Below, one piece after another: positions 1 to 11,272 of a stretch of 64,000 bases of DNA. How positions within the stretch are numbered: position 1 is the first letter of the stretch; each line of letters starts with the position of its first letter. The notes beneath the pieces were generated by a model that saw only the letters and a program-made list of their open reading frames with translations, had not been told where the DNA came from and did no database searches. The stretch covers positions 33,294,001 through 33,358,000 of the forward strand of contig CP158635.1 of the NCBI GenBank assembly GCA_050273025.1, in the 5' to 3' direction. The position numbers were made by a program, and so were the translations under genes. The stretch comes from Cenococcum geophilum (lineage: Eukaryota).

Positions 1-1
1 C

Positions 2-940
2 ATCGGAGACAAAAATAAAATGGATGGGCTTGTTAGAGTTATAACAACTTTACAGACTTTGTGGTTCGTTATAAACTCTGTTGCCCGGGTAGCGCAACAT
101 CTCACGTTAACCGTATTCGAATTAACAACCCTCGGATTCATCGTTTGCACAATAGGGACAACATTCTGCTGGGCCCACAAACCGTCCGATGTCGCCTATG
201 CTATGAGTATTGAATCTAACGCAACAATAGCTGAGATATTGCTCGAGGCCGGGGACGCTGCGAAGGATCCGTATAGCCGAACACCTCTTGACTTCATTAG
301 CCGTAAGGAGTGGGCGTGGTCGATGTTATGGTCCAATTGGGTAAACATTCTCCGAAGAATGCACATCATATTCGACCCCGGAGTACGCCCGGTTAACCGT
401 CGAACAAATGACGAGTTCTTAGACCTTTCGGGGTCGTCACTCGCCGTTCTCTTCCTCTTCCAAACAACCTACGCCGGCATCCTCCTTTGCGGCTGGAATT
501 TCTGGTTCCCAACACCAGTTGAGCAACTGCTATGGCGTATTGCGACTGTCATGATCATGACAAGCATTTGCTCATATTGGGTTGTGGAGATGGTCGTCTT
601 CCGCATACTTCCAGCGATGAAGAAAAGGCTCTCACATCATATTGCCCACGCTACCTCTTGGGACACGAGTAAGCGCACTAAGCGTGTCCCATACCGATTT
701 GAAAAATCACGTATTGGAAAAAAAGCGAGATCGGTGGTGCGGGCTTTGAGGAATAATTCGTTACAGAAGGACCCTGCTCTGGAGATTCCCATGAAGGCAT
801 TGTTGCCAGTATATCTTGTCGCCGTTTGTTATTGCACCTCGAGAACATACGTTCTGCTTGCTGATGTAGTGGAGATGCGCCGCCTTCCACCTAGTGCATT
901 CGCCACCGTGAATTGGTCTCAATTTTTCCCGCATTTTTAA
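2..940 (+). CDS. 3' part of a fungal multi-pass membrane protein of unknown function (5' end lies outside the window)
   Basis: The frame is open upstream of the tracked ATG (IGDKNKMDGL...). It has several hydrophobic segments and the motifs FELTTLGF, WAHKP, GWNFWFPTPVEQLLWR and LPPSAFATVNWSQFFPHF, which I recognise from an expanded fungal membrane protein family. Confidence 0.75.
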   Translation: MGDKNKMDGLVRVITTLQTLWFVINSVARVAQHLTLTVFELTTLGFIVCTIGTTFCWAHKPSDVAYAMSIESNATIAEILLEAGDAAKDPYSRTPLDFISRKEWAWSMLWSNWVNILRRMHIIFDPGVRPVNRRTNDEFLDLSGSSLAVLFLFQTTYAGILLCGWNFWFPTPVEQLLWRIATVMIMTSICSYWVVEMVVFRILPAMKKRLSHHIAHATSWDTSKRTKRVPYRFEKSRIGKKARSVVRALRNNSLQKDPALEIPMKALLPVYLVAVCYCTSRTYVLLADVVEMRRLPPSAFATVNWSQFFPHF

Positions 941-1284
941 GGCTAGTTTTCGCGGACCCGAGAATCTTTATCCTTCACATTTGACGACTGCTTGAGCACC
1001 CGACGCACCTACGGGAATGTATACTACTTTTAAGGCTCTCGGTATCTTGAGTGTTCTCTCCCTCATCACAGAAGCAGTCAACTTGCTCTTGCATTAACTG
1101 TATCTTTCAACATCTCTAAACATCGCCATTGCCTGTTCATTTAATAAACCAAAATTATTGCCTAAGCGGACCCATTCCACTCACCGCTGAGAAGTGGGGT
1201 CCATCCCTTAAGGCCATCTCGTCCAACATCACTATTAGAATTTTCCTCCTAAAACATTCCTAAGCATCACAACCAATCCTTGTT

Positions 1285-3176
1285 ATGGCCGATCGGTTCT
1301 CCTTCCCAAACGGCTACCACCTACTCACAGCCACGCATAGTAGTGCCCTAACCTGGAATCAAGCCGACCTAACTCCCATCTTCAGCTCTGGATCAGCGGG
1401 CGGCATACTCGCAGCAGAGAAAGCAGCAAACGACACCGGACTACTCGCCATCGTAGACGGCCAAGTTGTCATCCTACATGACGTGCAGCGGGGACGGGAC
1501 AAGAACTACTGCTTCAAAGGCACAGAGGTCCGTTGCACCTCCCCTCCCTAGAAAATCCCAGCAGACCCCAGCAGCGCATAGCAGACCCCAGCAAAAGTAC
1601 ATAATCTAACCTCCCCAAAACAGGGCGAAATCCGACCCCTCCAATTCTCCCCAGACTTGCAAACCCTCTCCTTCAACACGACCCCTCCGTGCAGACCTAC
1701 TCTTCACCACAACACACCCTGCTCTCCCCCACTCACACGTACCCGTCCTCGCCGACCGTCCTGGCAATCAGCGCTACGGCCCTCCTCTCCGCCTCCACGC
1801 GCTGCCAACCCTCTGCCTCTCCTCCCTCGCCGCCGCCTCCCCGGCCTCCCATACCTCTACCACGACCACTACCACCATCTACACTGTAAGCTTTGCAGTG
1901 TGTGGGAATTGAACGAGCAACTTAATTGTAAATCTACGGAAATCAAGTGGTATAAATACATAAAAGTAGACCAAGTCGGTGAGCGAGTCAAGGGCTAGGC
2001 AACTGAAACAAGGTGGTACGCTAGTAAGACAAATAACGTTTTGACATGGTACCGGTAGTCAGTTACATACACCACCCCGCCTCCATAACCCCCGTAACAG
2101 CCGCCCCATTCCACCCCACGCGCCCTCACACCTTCCTCCTCGGCTTCAGTGACGGGACCGTGGCCGCATACCACTGGCCGCAGCCGAAACCCCAACCCCA
2201 GTCCCAGCCCTAATCCCAGTCCCAGCGCTCTTCCTCCCCATCGCACGCCACGCGCGCCGTCAGTGTTAGCGAGGACGGGCGCGTGCGGTTGCTGGAGTGC
2301 AGGATGCGCGAGGCAAGGGCCGGGGCGGTGCTGAGGACGTGTGAGGTTGAGGGGGCGGTTGAGATTGGGGGGGTTGGCGGTTCTAGAAACGCGATTGGGT
2401 CGTGGGGTTGGAGCTGGGGATGGGTCTAGAAAGGGGGGTGGGAATAGGAGTGGGGGTGGGGATACAGGAGTGGAGGAGAGCGCGGTTGCGGTGGCGCGGC
2501 GGGATTGGGTCGTGAGGGTGTTTGACGGGGTGGGGTTGCTCAGGGGGGAAGGCGAGGGTTCGGGGGCCGGTGGTCGGGGTGCAGTGGGTTGAAGGGCCAG
2601 GTCTGGGTCCAGGTTCAGGTCCAAGTCAAGGGTTAGGTACCATGCCAGCACCAAGCCCACCGGCAGAGGGCGGGGATGAAGTAGGGGAGGAGGGAGGCGA
2701 TGAGGCGGACGAGGAAGAAGGGCAGAAGGCAACGAGGGAACCGCCAAGCACGTCAAGATCTCCAAGCCAGCCGTCCTACCCGTAGTCCTCGACGTGGATC
2801 TATTCTCGCCCGCGCGCGCACACACGGCACCAAAGCTGCATCGTAGACGCACGAGGCCGCGGATCGGAAATGAGACGCTTAGGACGCCGTCGATGTTCCC
2901 AGTCACGGGCCTAAGCAGCAGCAGGGGGAAAGAGGAAGCGGGGGTGGTGACGTTTAGGACGCCGTTGAGCTCGCCGTTGAGCTCGCTGTTGAGCTCGAGA
3001 ACTAGCACGTCAGTGGAGAGAGACGATGTTATGATGAGCGGTGCGATTCAAGGGGGCGTGCTGCATTGGAGGCTGCATAGAGACTGCGTGAGGATAGTAA
3101 AAGGCTGGAGGAGGTGAGGCAGCTGAAGGCTCGGATTAAGCATTTGAAGATGGCTGCGCATCGACATAGGCGTTGA
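1285..3176 (+). pseudogene. Degraded WD40/beta-propeller-like gene
   Basis: Exon 1 MADRF...FKGTE, then an intron at about 1528-1623. WD-like segments follow in shifting frames (GEIRPLQFSPDLQTLSF; VQTYS..HTYPSSPTVLAIS; FHPTRPHTFLLGFSDGTVAAY; VVRVFDGVGLLRGE). There are frameshifts and a solo-LTR insertion. The 3' end is approximate. Confidence 0.6.
1885..2067. mobile_element. Solo LTR (183 bp)
   Basis: Inverted termini TGTAA...TTACA, flanked by an exact 5-bp target duplication TACAC (1880-1884 and 2068-2072). Base composition differs from the C-rich host sequence. Confidence 0.85.
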
Positions 3177-3449
3177 AGGAAGGTTGAGATGGGTGTTGTT
3201 TTCCTGTTCTCTACTTAGCTGAATATGCTTTGACTATACCGTTCAGATGTACATATATTAGAAACCATTCTGCAAAAGAATGTCCCGCCATGCAATCATA
3301 TCCCCATTGCGCTGATGCCGATATCGGTGCAGATAGAAATGGCTTCCTAGCAGTCATGCCAACATCAACATCAAGAATCAAACAACATTATCGTATCATA
3401 AGCCAACCCAAGGCTCCAAACACCACAATACCCAACCATGAATGCCAGC

Positions 3450-6400
3450 CTACACGGCAACCATATCACCAACAACCCCATCAACCTCATCCTCACTCTC
3501 GTCGACGCCAATCCCCGAATCGAATTTCCTCCTCCCATGCCCACTCCTCATATTCACAACGCGAACTCGATCTTTAACCTTAGCCACGCGCCCATCCATG
3601 ACACGATGCATATCCCCGCCGTTGGCAAGATGCAACGTGACGCCCTCAACCTTGATATCCTCCACCTCGCGCAGGGCCTCGCCGCTCCGCTGACCCAACC
3701 CGGCCGCGCGTGCTTCAACGCGCTGCATCATCGCGCGCATCTCCTTGGTCATGGCCTCCGCCGTGTCCCTGCCATCGTCTGCTCGGGCGCGGAACTTCGC
3801 CTTCAGCTCCTCTAGCCTCGCGCTCAGCGCCGCGATATCGACGGCGCGGGCGTCGGCGACCAGACGCATGGCGTCGATCTCGCGGTTCTTCTGCGCGAGC
3901 ACGGCCGCGTACTCGGCGTCGCGGTCGTGGCCGGTCTGGGTGAGCGATGCAATTTCGGATTCGCGGGAGGCGATGAGGGAGCGCAGGGACGAGACTTCGT
4001 CGGCGTGCGCGTTGACGATGTTGAGGAGTTCGGTCGCTTCAGCTTCGACGCGGTGTTCGAGGGACGACTTCTGGGCGGTCAGTTGCTCGATTTCGGTGTG
4101 CGCGGAGGCGAGCTCGTCGGTTAGGCCTGCGATGGTAGAGTCTTGTTTCGCTATCACGGCTTGGTGTGCAGAGGCGGTGGTGGCTGCTTCATTCTGGAGC
4201 GTCTCGATGGTAGCGTCGCGGTCTATGATGGTCTGTGCTAAGTCCACGATGTCGGACCGGAGCGATGAAATCTGGCTGGATGTGTTCTGAGAAAGCTCTT
4301 CATACTCCTGGCGGATTGTCTCGAGGGCCGTTTCCAGTCGTGCGATTTCCGCATCCGTGGATTCAATGAGCGCATTCTTCTCCTCTACCATTCGCTCCAG
4401 CTTCTGCTCCGTCTTTGCAAGCTCCAGCTCTAGCTCAGCGATTGTGACATTTCGGGCAGCAGACTCTGCCTCAACTGCCCGACGCTGAATAGCCTCAGCC
4501 TCTATATCTTTCTCAAACTGCGCGTTACGGGCCTTAGCCTCTTCATTTAAATGTTTGATAGAGTTTTCTTTCTCCATCTGCACTTGGAACAGTTTGGAGC
4601 GCAATTCGTTTGCTTGTATGCCGGTGTCATGGATCTTTGATTCCAACTCCGCAATCTTCTCGTTACGCTCATCAAGTGTTGCCTCAGCCGCTTCACGTTG
4701 GCGGTGCTCAGAATCGGCAAGAGAGCGGAGCGAGTCGAGCTCAGCGTTCAATTTTTTAAGTGATTCCTCAGCATCCTCTATCTTGATTTCCAGATTGGCT
4801 ATGGAAGTAGTCTTCTTATCAAGTTCTGCTTCCGCGGTTTCACGCTGTGCTTTCTCGGCTTGGGCAAGAGTATCGATGCGCGACACTTGGGCGCGGAGAT
4901 CTTCAAGATCCTTTTCAGCGGCATCAATCTTAGCTTCAAGCCCATTAATGAAGGTCAGCTTTTGCTCGGCGTCGGTTTCGGCTGTTTCACGAGCTTCGGC
5001 CTCGACTCGAAGTCGTGATTCTAGATCAGCGATCTGGTTGGCGTAGTCTTCTTCCATTTGGGCAATTTTAGCTTCATGCTCTTGCTCCATACGAGTAACC
5101 AAGCCCTCGAGGCTAGCGACTTCATTACGGTAACCCTCAAGGGCCTTCTGCAGACGTTCAATAGAGACGTTTTGGTTGGAGACTTCCTCCTCTAGGCCAT
5201 CAATCTTGGCGTCCATCTCAGTAATGTCCTTGTCCCGCTCGTCCATAGCATCATGCATGACCGCAAGCTCATCTTCCAGTTCGATAATAGTCCTCTGCCG
5301 CTCTTCGTTTTGAACATCCAAAGTATGCCATTGTTGTTCGAGGGCTGTTTTGCGAGCATCGACCTCAGCAAGCTTGTCGATCAAACCAGTATTCTGAGTT
5401 TGAAGAACCTTCTCCATCTGATTGTGCTGCTCCACTAGGGCGGTCTTTTCCTTCAGCTCGGCCATGAGACCTTTGATGTGGCTGGTCAAGGCAGCAAGGA
5501 GTTCGCCATTCTCCAGGTTAGTTGGAGTACCGCTAGGAAGGAGATACTCAAGCTGGGCACGGGCTTCACGGAATGAAGTCCGAATTGCTTGAAGAACCAC
5601 ATCGGAGCCTGCTTCCGGGTCTGCGAACCCAAGACCTTGAAGTTCAATGGAGAGGATTTGTAGGGCGGCTTTAGCATCTGCTGCTTCGCGGGCGAGAGAA
5701 GCAATAGCACCTTCGAATCGCATGATATCGGCCTCATGGGCGGAATCCGGAAGGGAAGCTTGAGTGGCGGCTTCCGAGAGCGATTGACTGCTCGTGAGCT
5801 TGGACATGGATGACTGTGATGAGTAGAAGCCATTTACGTGTGGAGTAGCATGCATGTCTTCTTGGGAAACATTAATGTCCTCAGGGTCGACAAGGACAAG
5901 GTCGTGATTATCGTCGTCGTCCATGTCGACATCTGCACTGTCGCCTCGCTCGCTGCCGGAGAAGATGCCCTGAGTCTTGTGATCGGAGATTTCTTTTCTG
6001 AGTCTGCTTAGCTCATCCTCCATCTGCTTGACCTTGTCGTTATTGCCACTGATGTCGATGCCCATCTGTCGCTGTATCTCCGCCTCTAGCATCAGTTCTT
6101 TAACCCTTTCGTCCTTCTCTCGAACTTGGCGTCGAAGATGTTCCACTTCATGTCTAGTCCGAATATCTTCCTTGTTGTGTTCTTCGATGTCATTGACCTC
6201 TTCGCTGAGATGACTGCGGCGAAGTCGACGCTTCATGCGATCGTCCAGTATCGCTCGAAGGGGCACAAACTGAAGTTCTCGAGCAGCATTTCCGGCACCT
6301 GGTTGCGAGTTGTGCAGTTGGGTAGGAAGCGAAAAGCGGGAATTGCGACCTGATTTCGTAGGTTGGGCTAGGGTGGTACGATTCAGATGTGGTGTCAGCC

Positions 6401-6800
6401 CACTGGAGGGTAAGTTTCGAGGGGTTGTGGCTGGGGTCGTAGAGTCTGGTTCAACAGAAGGGCCAGGATCAGAGAAGCGGGTACGCTTGCCAGCAGTCTT
6501 GTTGATGACGACCTGGATGGTATCCGGTTGGTCATAATGGAGGACAGCATTTTGTAATTCTTGGTTAAGCTGTGTGGAATCATCCACGATTGTTCGCTTG
6601 ACTCGTTTCTTGGGGGAGTGTTGAACACCGTCGGTGGGAGCGGGTGAAGAAGATGAAGTAGCTTCATACGGGGAGTTTAAGTTCCGGTTGGTTAAGTCGG
6701 TGGACGGAGTTCTGCTCTGCCGCTTACGTCGAACACCTCGAGGAGGGGGAGCATCACCAGGGCCGTCGTAGTGGCCTGAAGAATGTCGGATTCGTGCCAT
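3450..6800 (-). CDS. Large coiled-coil protein (about 1116 aa) with a disordered N-terminus
   Basis: Intronless ORF, probable ATG at 6800 (MARIRHSS). The N-terminus is S/T/P-rich and is followed by roughly 700 aa of E/A/L/K-rich heptad-like sequence. Confidence 0.85.
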   Translation of the reverse strand: MARIRHSSGHYDGPGDAPPPRGVRRKRQSRTPSTDLTNRNLNSPYEATSSSSPAPTDGVQHSPKKRVKRTIVDDSTQLNQELQNAVLHYDQPDTIQVVINKTAGKRTRFSDPGPSVEPDSTTPATTPRNLPSSGLTPHLNRTTLAQPTKSGRNSRFSLPTQLHNSQPGAGNAARELQFVPLRAILDDRMKRRLRRSHLSEEVNDIEEHNKEDIRTRHEVEHLRRQVREKDERVKELMLEAEIQRQMGIDISGNNDKVKQMEDELSRLRKEISDHKTQGIFSGSERGDSADVDMDDDDNHDLVLVDPEDINVSQEDMHATPHVNGFYSSQSSMSKLTSSQSLSEAATQASLPDSAHEADIMRFEGAIASLAREAADAKAALQILSIELQGLGFADPEAGSDVVLQAIRTSFREARAQLEYLLPSGTPTNLENGELLAALTSHIKGLMAELKEKTALVEQHNQMEKVLQTQNTGLIDKLAEVDARKTALEQQWHTLDVQNEERQRTIIELEDELAVMHDAMDERDKDITEMDAKIDGLEEEVSNQNVSIERLQKALEGYRNEVASLEGLVTRMEQEHEAKIAQMEEDYANQIADLESRLRVEAEARETAETDAEQKLTFINGLEAKIDAAEKDLEDLRAQVSRIDTLAQAEKAQRETAEAELDKKTTSIANLEIKIEDAEESLKKLNAELDSLRSLADSEHRQREAAEATLDERNEKIAELESKIHDTGIQANELRSKLFQVQMEKENSIKHLNEEAKARNAQFEKDIEAEAIQRRAVEAESAARNVTIAELELELAKTEQKLERMVEEKNALIESTDAEIARLETALETIRQEYEELSQNTSSQISSLRSDIVDLAQTIIDRDATIETLQNEAATTASAHQAVIAKQDSTIAGLTDELASAHTEIEQLTAQKSSLEHRVEAEATELLNIVNAHADEVSSLRSLIASRESEIASLTQTGHDRDAEYAAVLAQKNREIDAMRLVADARAVDIAALSARLEELKAKFRARADDGRDTAEAMTKEMRAMMQRVEARAAGLGQRSGEALREVEDIKVEGVTLHLANGGDMHRVMDGRVAKVKDRVRVVNMRSGHGRRKFDSGIGVDESEDEVDGVVGDMVAV

Positions 6801-7114
6801 GACGTGGTCTATGTTTACCAAAACTGAGTACCCAAGAAAAAAGTCAAGGCAGTTGAACCAGGATGTTCAAGAGTTGTGGTTTGGGGGAAATAAAAGCACA
6901 AGCAAGATTTCGCAAGAATTAAAGACGTTGGGAGAAAAAAGGTATGGCGGTGAGAATAACAAATGCTCGGATGAGGAGGTTGGGTTCTGTTTTATGCGGG
7001 AAGCCACACATCATCACTAAAGCTAAGCGAATTCATAGCGAATGGATGGCATGCAAGACAAAAAGTGAAAATAAATACCGGGCCCTCCCTGCCACTCAAT
7101 GCAACATTACGTCG

Positions 7115-7139
7115 ACGCGTCGCTGGGTCAACAACGCGT
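7115..7139. promoter_or_regulatory. Two MCB (ACGCGT) cell-cycle boxes upstream of the coiled-coil gene
   Basis: ACGCGT at 7115-7120 and 7134-7139, about 315-340 bp upstream of the ATG at 6800. Confidence 0.5.
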
Positions 7140-7626
7140 TTTTGTAACATTTTCAACTATATTTTCGAAACCAAACAGATTCGTTAGTGTATAGAGCAGC
7201 GCATAATAGGAGATGCTCACGACGCTGTACATTTGGCCAAAGATGCATTTTGCAAACATCATCGGAAAATTTTCTTAGCGTGACTCACGAGCCTCAGAAA
7301 GCTAGGCCGTTGCCAAGCCCTTACACTTTATGACGACACTAAGCTCGGTAAACCCTGGTCTCTCGTGCTTGAACCCAAGAAATACAGAAGTTCGTAGAAG
7401 ATTCTGCTAGCATCCAACTCAAATGCAATCGAGGGGTGACCCACTCCAAACTCCTGGTGTCATTTTCCTTTTTCTTGATGAATTACAGATACTAAGCCAG
7501 TACAGTGCCAAGACATCATCTAATCGTAACAACCAATATTAGAACAACCTATTTTATTTACCAACTCGCTTGAAATGTTCCTACTGGTACGATTAACGCC
7601 GAAGTGCTAGAAGGAAATAAGTTCGA

Positions 7627-10600
7627 TCATAAAAGCGAGCGCAAACACTAGCAAGCAGAGTCAGTTACTATAGTGAACAATGATTAAGAATTAATTTTAA
7701 GACATACTTGAAGCCTTCGAGTACTTGCATCGGACTCGGGGTGATGGTTTCGCGAGAGCAGCAAATCTGCTAGATCTTTCTTCGTTTTCTGAATGTCTAT
7801 TATATGCTGCAAATATTAGTCAATTTCGTAGTGACCTTTGGAGGAATGCCCTACTTCTTCAAACGAATTTTTCATGTAGAAGCGGATAGTGGTGACTTCT
7901 TTTGTTTGGCCCATGCGGTGGATACGCGAAAGAGCTTGTTCTTCGACGGTGGGATTCCAATGTGGTTCCATGAGATATGCGCGAGACGCGACGGTGAGGT
8001 TAAGTCTTTTCCGATTAGCGGGCACTTTTGTCAATCCAAAGGGGTCTCTTACCCGACAGCACCGCAAGACAAAGTCAGAAGCATGACTCGTACGTCCGGG
8101 TCGCTACGAAAACTGTCAATTGCGGCCTGCCTCTGCTTCTGGGAACCTTGCCCGTCGAAGCGAACGCAGGCTATGGACACATTCGTAAGACCACTTTCCA
8201 CCAAATCAAGGGTTGAGGTCCAGAACGAGAACACAATACTATAATTTTCAGCTTGGGAGTCGTAGGTATTTCCACCTAATAAAAGACATACCTCTTGGTG
8301 GCACTATCGAGACTCTTTAATTGAAAAACTAGTGCAGCGACCTTGGTAGGAAGGGTGTGGAGGAGATCTGGTGTATTTCTTCGCTTAGGGTATTCAGTAG
8401 AGCCGGATAATACGACTGGAGATATTGAACAAGGTGGAGAATGACCGCAATATGGCACTGGCACAGCTGTCCCGGCACCTTTATCCAAACAGGCTGGGCA
8501 AAAAAGACGAAGGCAGCGGGAGAGATGTGCTTGCCTTTCAGGTTTCCTCCCGGCTGCTGAAAAAATATATTCGGAAGTCTCTAAATCTATGGAGCATGCG
8601 TAGCAGGATGTGTTTCCGAAGGCCAATAAAGAGTTAAAGTACCGCTGCGCAAGCTGGGAAGTCCACTCTTGGTTTGCTGGGCTTGCACTGCATGAGTTCT
8701 CTGTAGAAGGACGGTAGTAGACGCCGAGATTGCAGATCATGCGGAGACTGTTTATTTGCTGAAGAACGTTCAGATATGACCCGGATGCTTCAGATCCGCT
8801 ACTTAAAGCCTCATCCAGGGCTCGCACTGCTCTTGTTTTGGCCTCTTCATATATTGAGGATTCCTCTGGACTAAATTCAAAGTAACAAACGGTATCATGT
8901 CTTCGAGGTAGTTGGATTGTGGATTTGGATCGGCGGAGCAATAAGCATCGTAACAACGTTTTCAGTCTTTTGACGGCTTCTTCCTCGTTCCCTTGTTTCC
9001 ATATCTGGATGATATCGGTCTCAAACACTTTCGGTTGATAATATGGATACACACGGAGGAATTTGAACAAAGCAGCCAGGTCAGAAAGCCGATTCTGCAA
9101 AGGGGTACCCGTGACGGCCCAACGGGAGACAGCCTCAAGGGCACATATAGCTTTCGCTATTTGAGAACTACAGTTCCGAATCCAATGCGCTTCATCAAGA
9201 ATAACCCGTCGCCAGCGTGTAGCAAATAGGGTGCTCGCTTTCAGATCAATAGCTTTCTTCCACTCAGCGGAAACGGTATGATAAGTTGTAATAATGATAT
9301 CGTATTGGTTCAATTGGTTAGAACAAGAAACACGATTTCGGCCGTGATATCTGTACCACCTAAGACTGTTAGGTTGCAGGTGCTCTTTAAATTGTTCCTC
9401 CCAGGCAGAAATCAGTGGGGGTGGCATAATCACTAAGGTAGGCTTCCTGTAAGAAAAATTCTGCGGCGGTGATTCCACATCTAGCAGGCATGGCTCGCTT
9501 TGGGATGAGATTGCATCACTCGCAATGAGCGAGATCATAGTCAACGTTTTCCCAAGGCCCATTGGGTCTGCCAGAATACCTCCACTAAACTGAGGCGGGG
9601 GTTCGCTTCGACATGTTTCCGTGACTTGGTTAACAAACGCTCTTCCCCGCGTGGATTTAATCTCTTTCCAGAGATCCATAGCGTTGGAGTTGAGATTCCA
9701 AACTTTTTCTCTGCGATTCATGAAAGTTAATGCTTGTTTCTGATGTCTACTAAGCGTCGTCCTTAGCCCATGAGGTTGCTTTGCCTCAAGCAAGTCTTCC
9801 TCAGTGTTGAGAATCTCCAGAAGATCCTTAGGGCTCTGGAGATTTTCAACCTGGTCGGCAAGGAAGGAGTCGTCCAGATCAAATGTCATTGCACAATCTT
9901 CTGAGATCCTTGCAGATAAGCGATGTGGATTACGATATCTAACATTGCGGTCGCAACCACGAGGATCCTGCAAAAACAAGCCGCAGTCCTGAAAGAAGCG
10001 GCCGATGTCTTCAAATAGTTCACCGCTACCGTAAATAATGATAGAAAGTGAACATATTGTCCGTGAAAGATCATCGAGGCCTCGTTTGCGGCTCGCTGAG
10101 GCCGTTTTACCATCCAAATCACATTGAACTTGGAGGTCGATCGCATGGTCCTCGCGTAGAGCTTGAACTATATGTGAGTGTTCGGTTGCAATTGATCCCT
10201 GAATAGGACATTCTCCTATAGTGGTGAAGCTTATCGACGAGTCGAATCGGACAGCGAGGGGCGTAGCTATTTCGAAAGTGAACTGGGTTTGGATTTCTGC
10301 GCCCAGTCCAGAAACCTGCACGAAGTGAGCATGCATGCTAAGCCAACAGATGCCAATCTTATACCATGCCAAAGCAAACTTGCTCATCATTAGCTGAAGC
10401 TTTTTTGACCAGTGGATTATAGAGATGTGATCTGTCGACGTCTCCCACTAAAATCTCTGCTGGATCTAACTCGGCTTTCGGTTCTAACCTTGGGTGCGCA
10501 GCTTCAGTAAGGGAAGTAGTTTTCTTTGAGTGATGCCACCCTCCAGAAATATCTGATAGGAGAGATGGAAAAGAATTGGCATTACAGCTGCTTCTGGTGT

Positions 10601-10892
10601 CCGTCCAATATTGCTCGGCAACCAAGAGTTCTTCGTGGGGCTGGTCAATCTGGTCGCCCTGTCCTGGATGCCTGACTAGTTGATTTATACTGGGCTCAAC
10701 TTGTAGTATTTCTTCAGCATAACGACGTTGCTGGAAGGGAGTATGAAGTTTTGTTCCTCCACCTGTCTCATACGCCTGCTGTTCAGACCCTTGTTGCACC
10801 CATCTTGCTTCCTGACCCTCGGCGGCAGAAAGAAGTCGTCGTCTTTTAGGCTCGGTGAATCCGAATCTTTCGGGTTCAATGTGGGATTGCAT
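7627..10892 (-). CDS. SNF2-family ATPase, Rad5/Rad16-like, with a degenerate RING-like insert; 6 exons
   Basis: Motifs GGILADPMGLGKT, VILDEAH, WAVTGTPLQN, KSIVFSFW, GAVGLNLTVAS and EPHWNPTVEEQALSRIHRMGQ. Inferred introns 10316-10364, 8239-8291, 8006-8052, 7807-7854 and 7648-7707 join into one frame ending CLRSLL*. Confidence 0.9.
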
Positions 10893-11272
10893 AGTCCATG
10901 ACAGTGTCGGGAGCTATAGTCGTACTGAAGGATGTAATCGTAGGAAAAATCGCAGGCTTCTCGACACGCGCGAAAATGAAGGGGGCTCCTACTGAAGGGT
11001 TTGTAAAAATATAGGAATTTGGTACGCAAAACCGGGTATGTCCAGGTTCAGATGTTGTGATGCAGGGTGTAGGGCAAAGTAGATTTCAGTGCTGCGCCCT
11101 CAAGGAGCTCCACAAGACTGGCGCACAAGGCTGGCGTGGCGGTGCTGCATCTTATCCGCTGGCAATGCGGCAATCTGCTGAAGCATCGATCCTAGAAAAG
11201 ACTCCCACTGATAGAGTCTTCGTGAGAGCTTGTAACTTCAGCCTCATTCATCGGTTGATTAGGACGTGCCTC

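Noticed and set aside
1995..3008. 337-aa Pro/Leu-rich minus-strand ORF
   Set aside because: Antisense shadow of the GC-skewed WD40-like pseudogene. It is low complexity and ends inside the solo LTR.
11057..11272. Upstream extension of the NACHT ORF in the track
   Set aside because: The extension looks non-conserved. The ATG at 11273 directly precedes the recognisable N-terminal domain and is the more likely start.
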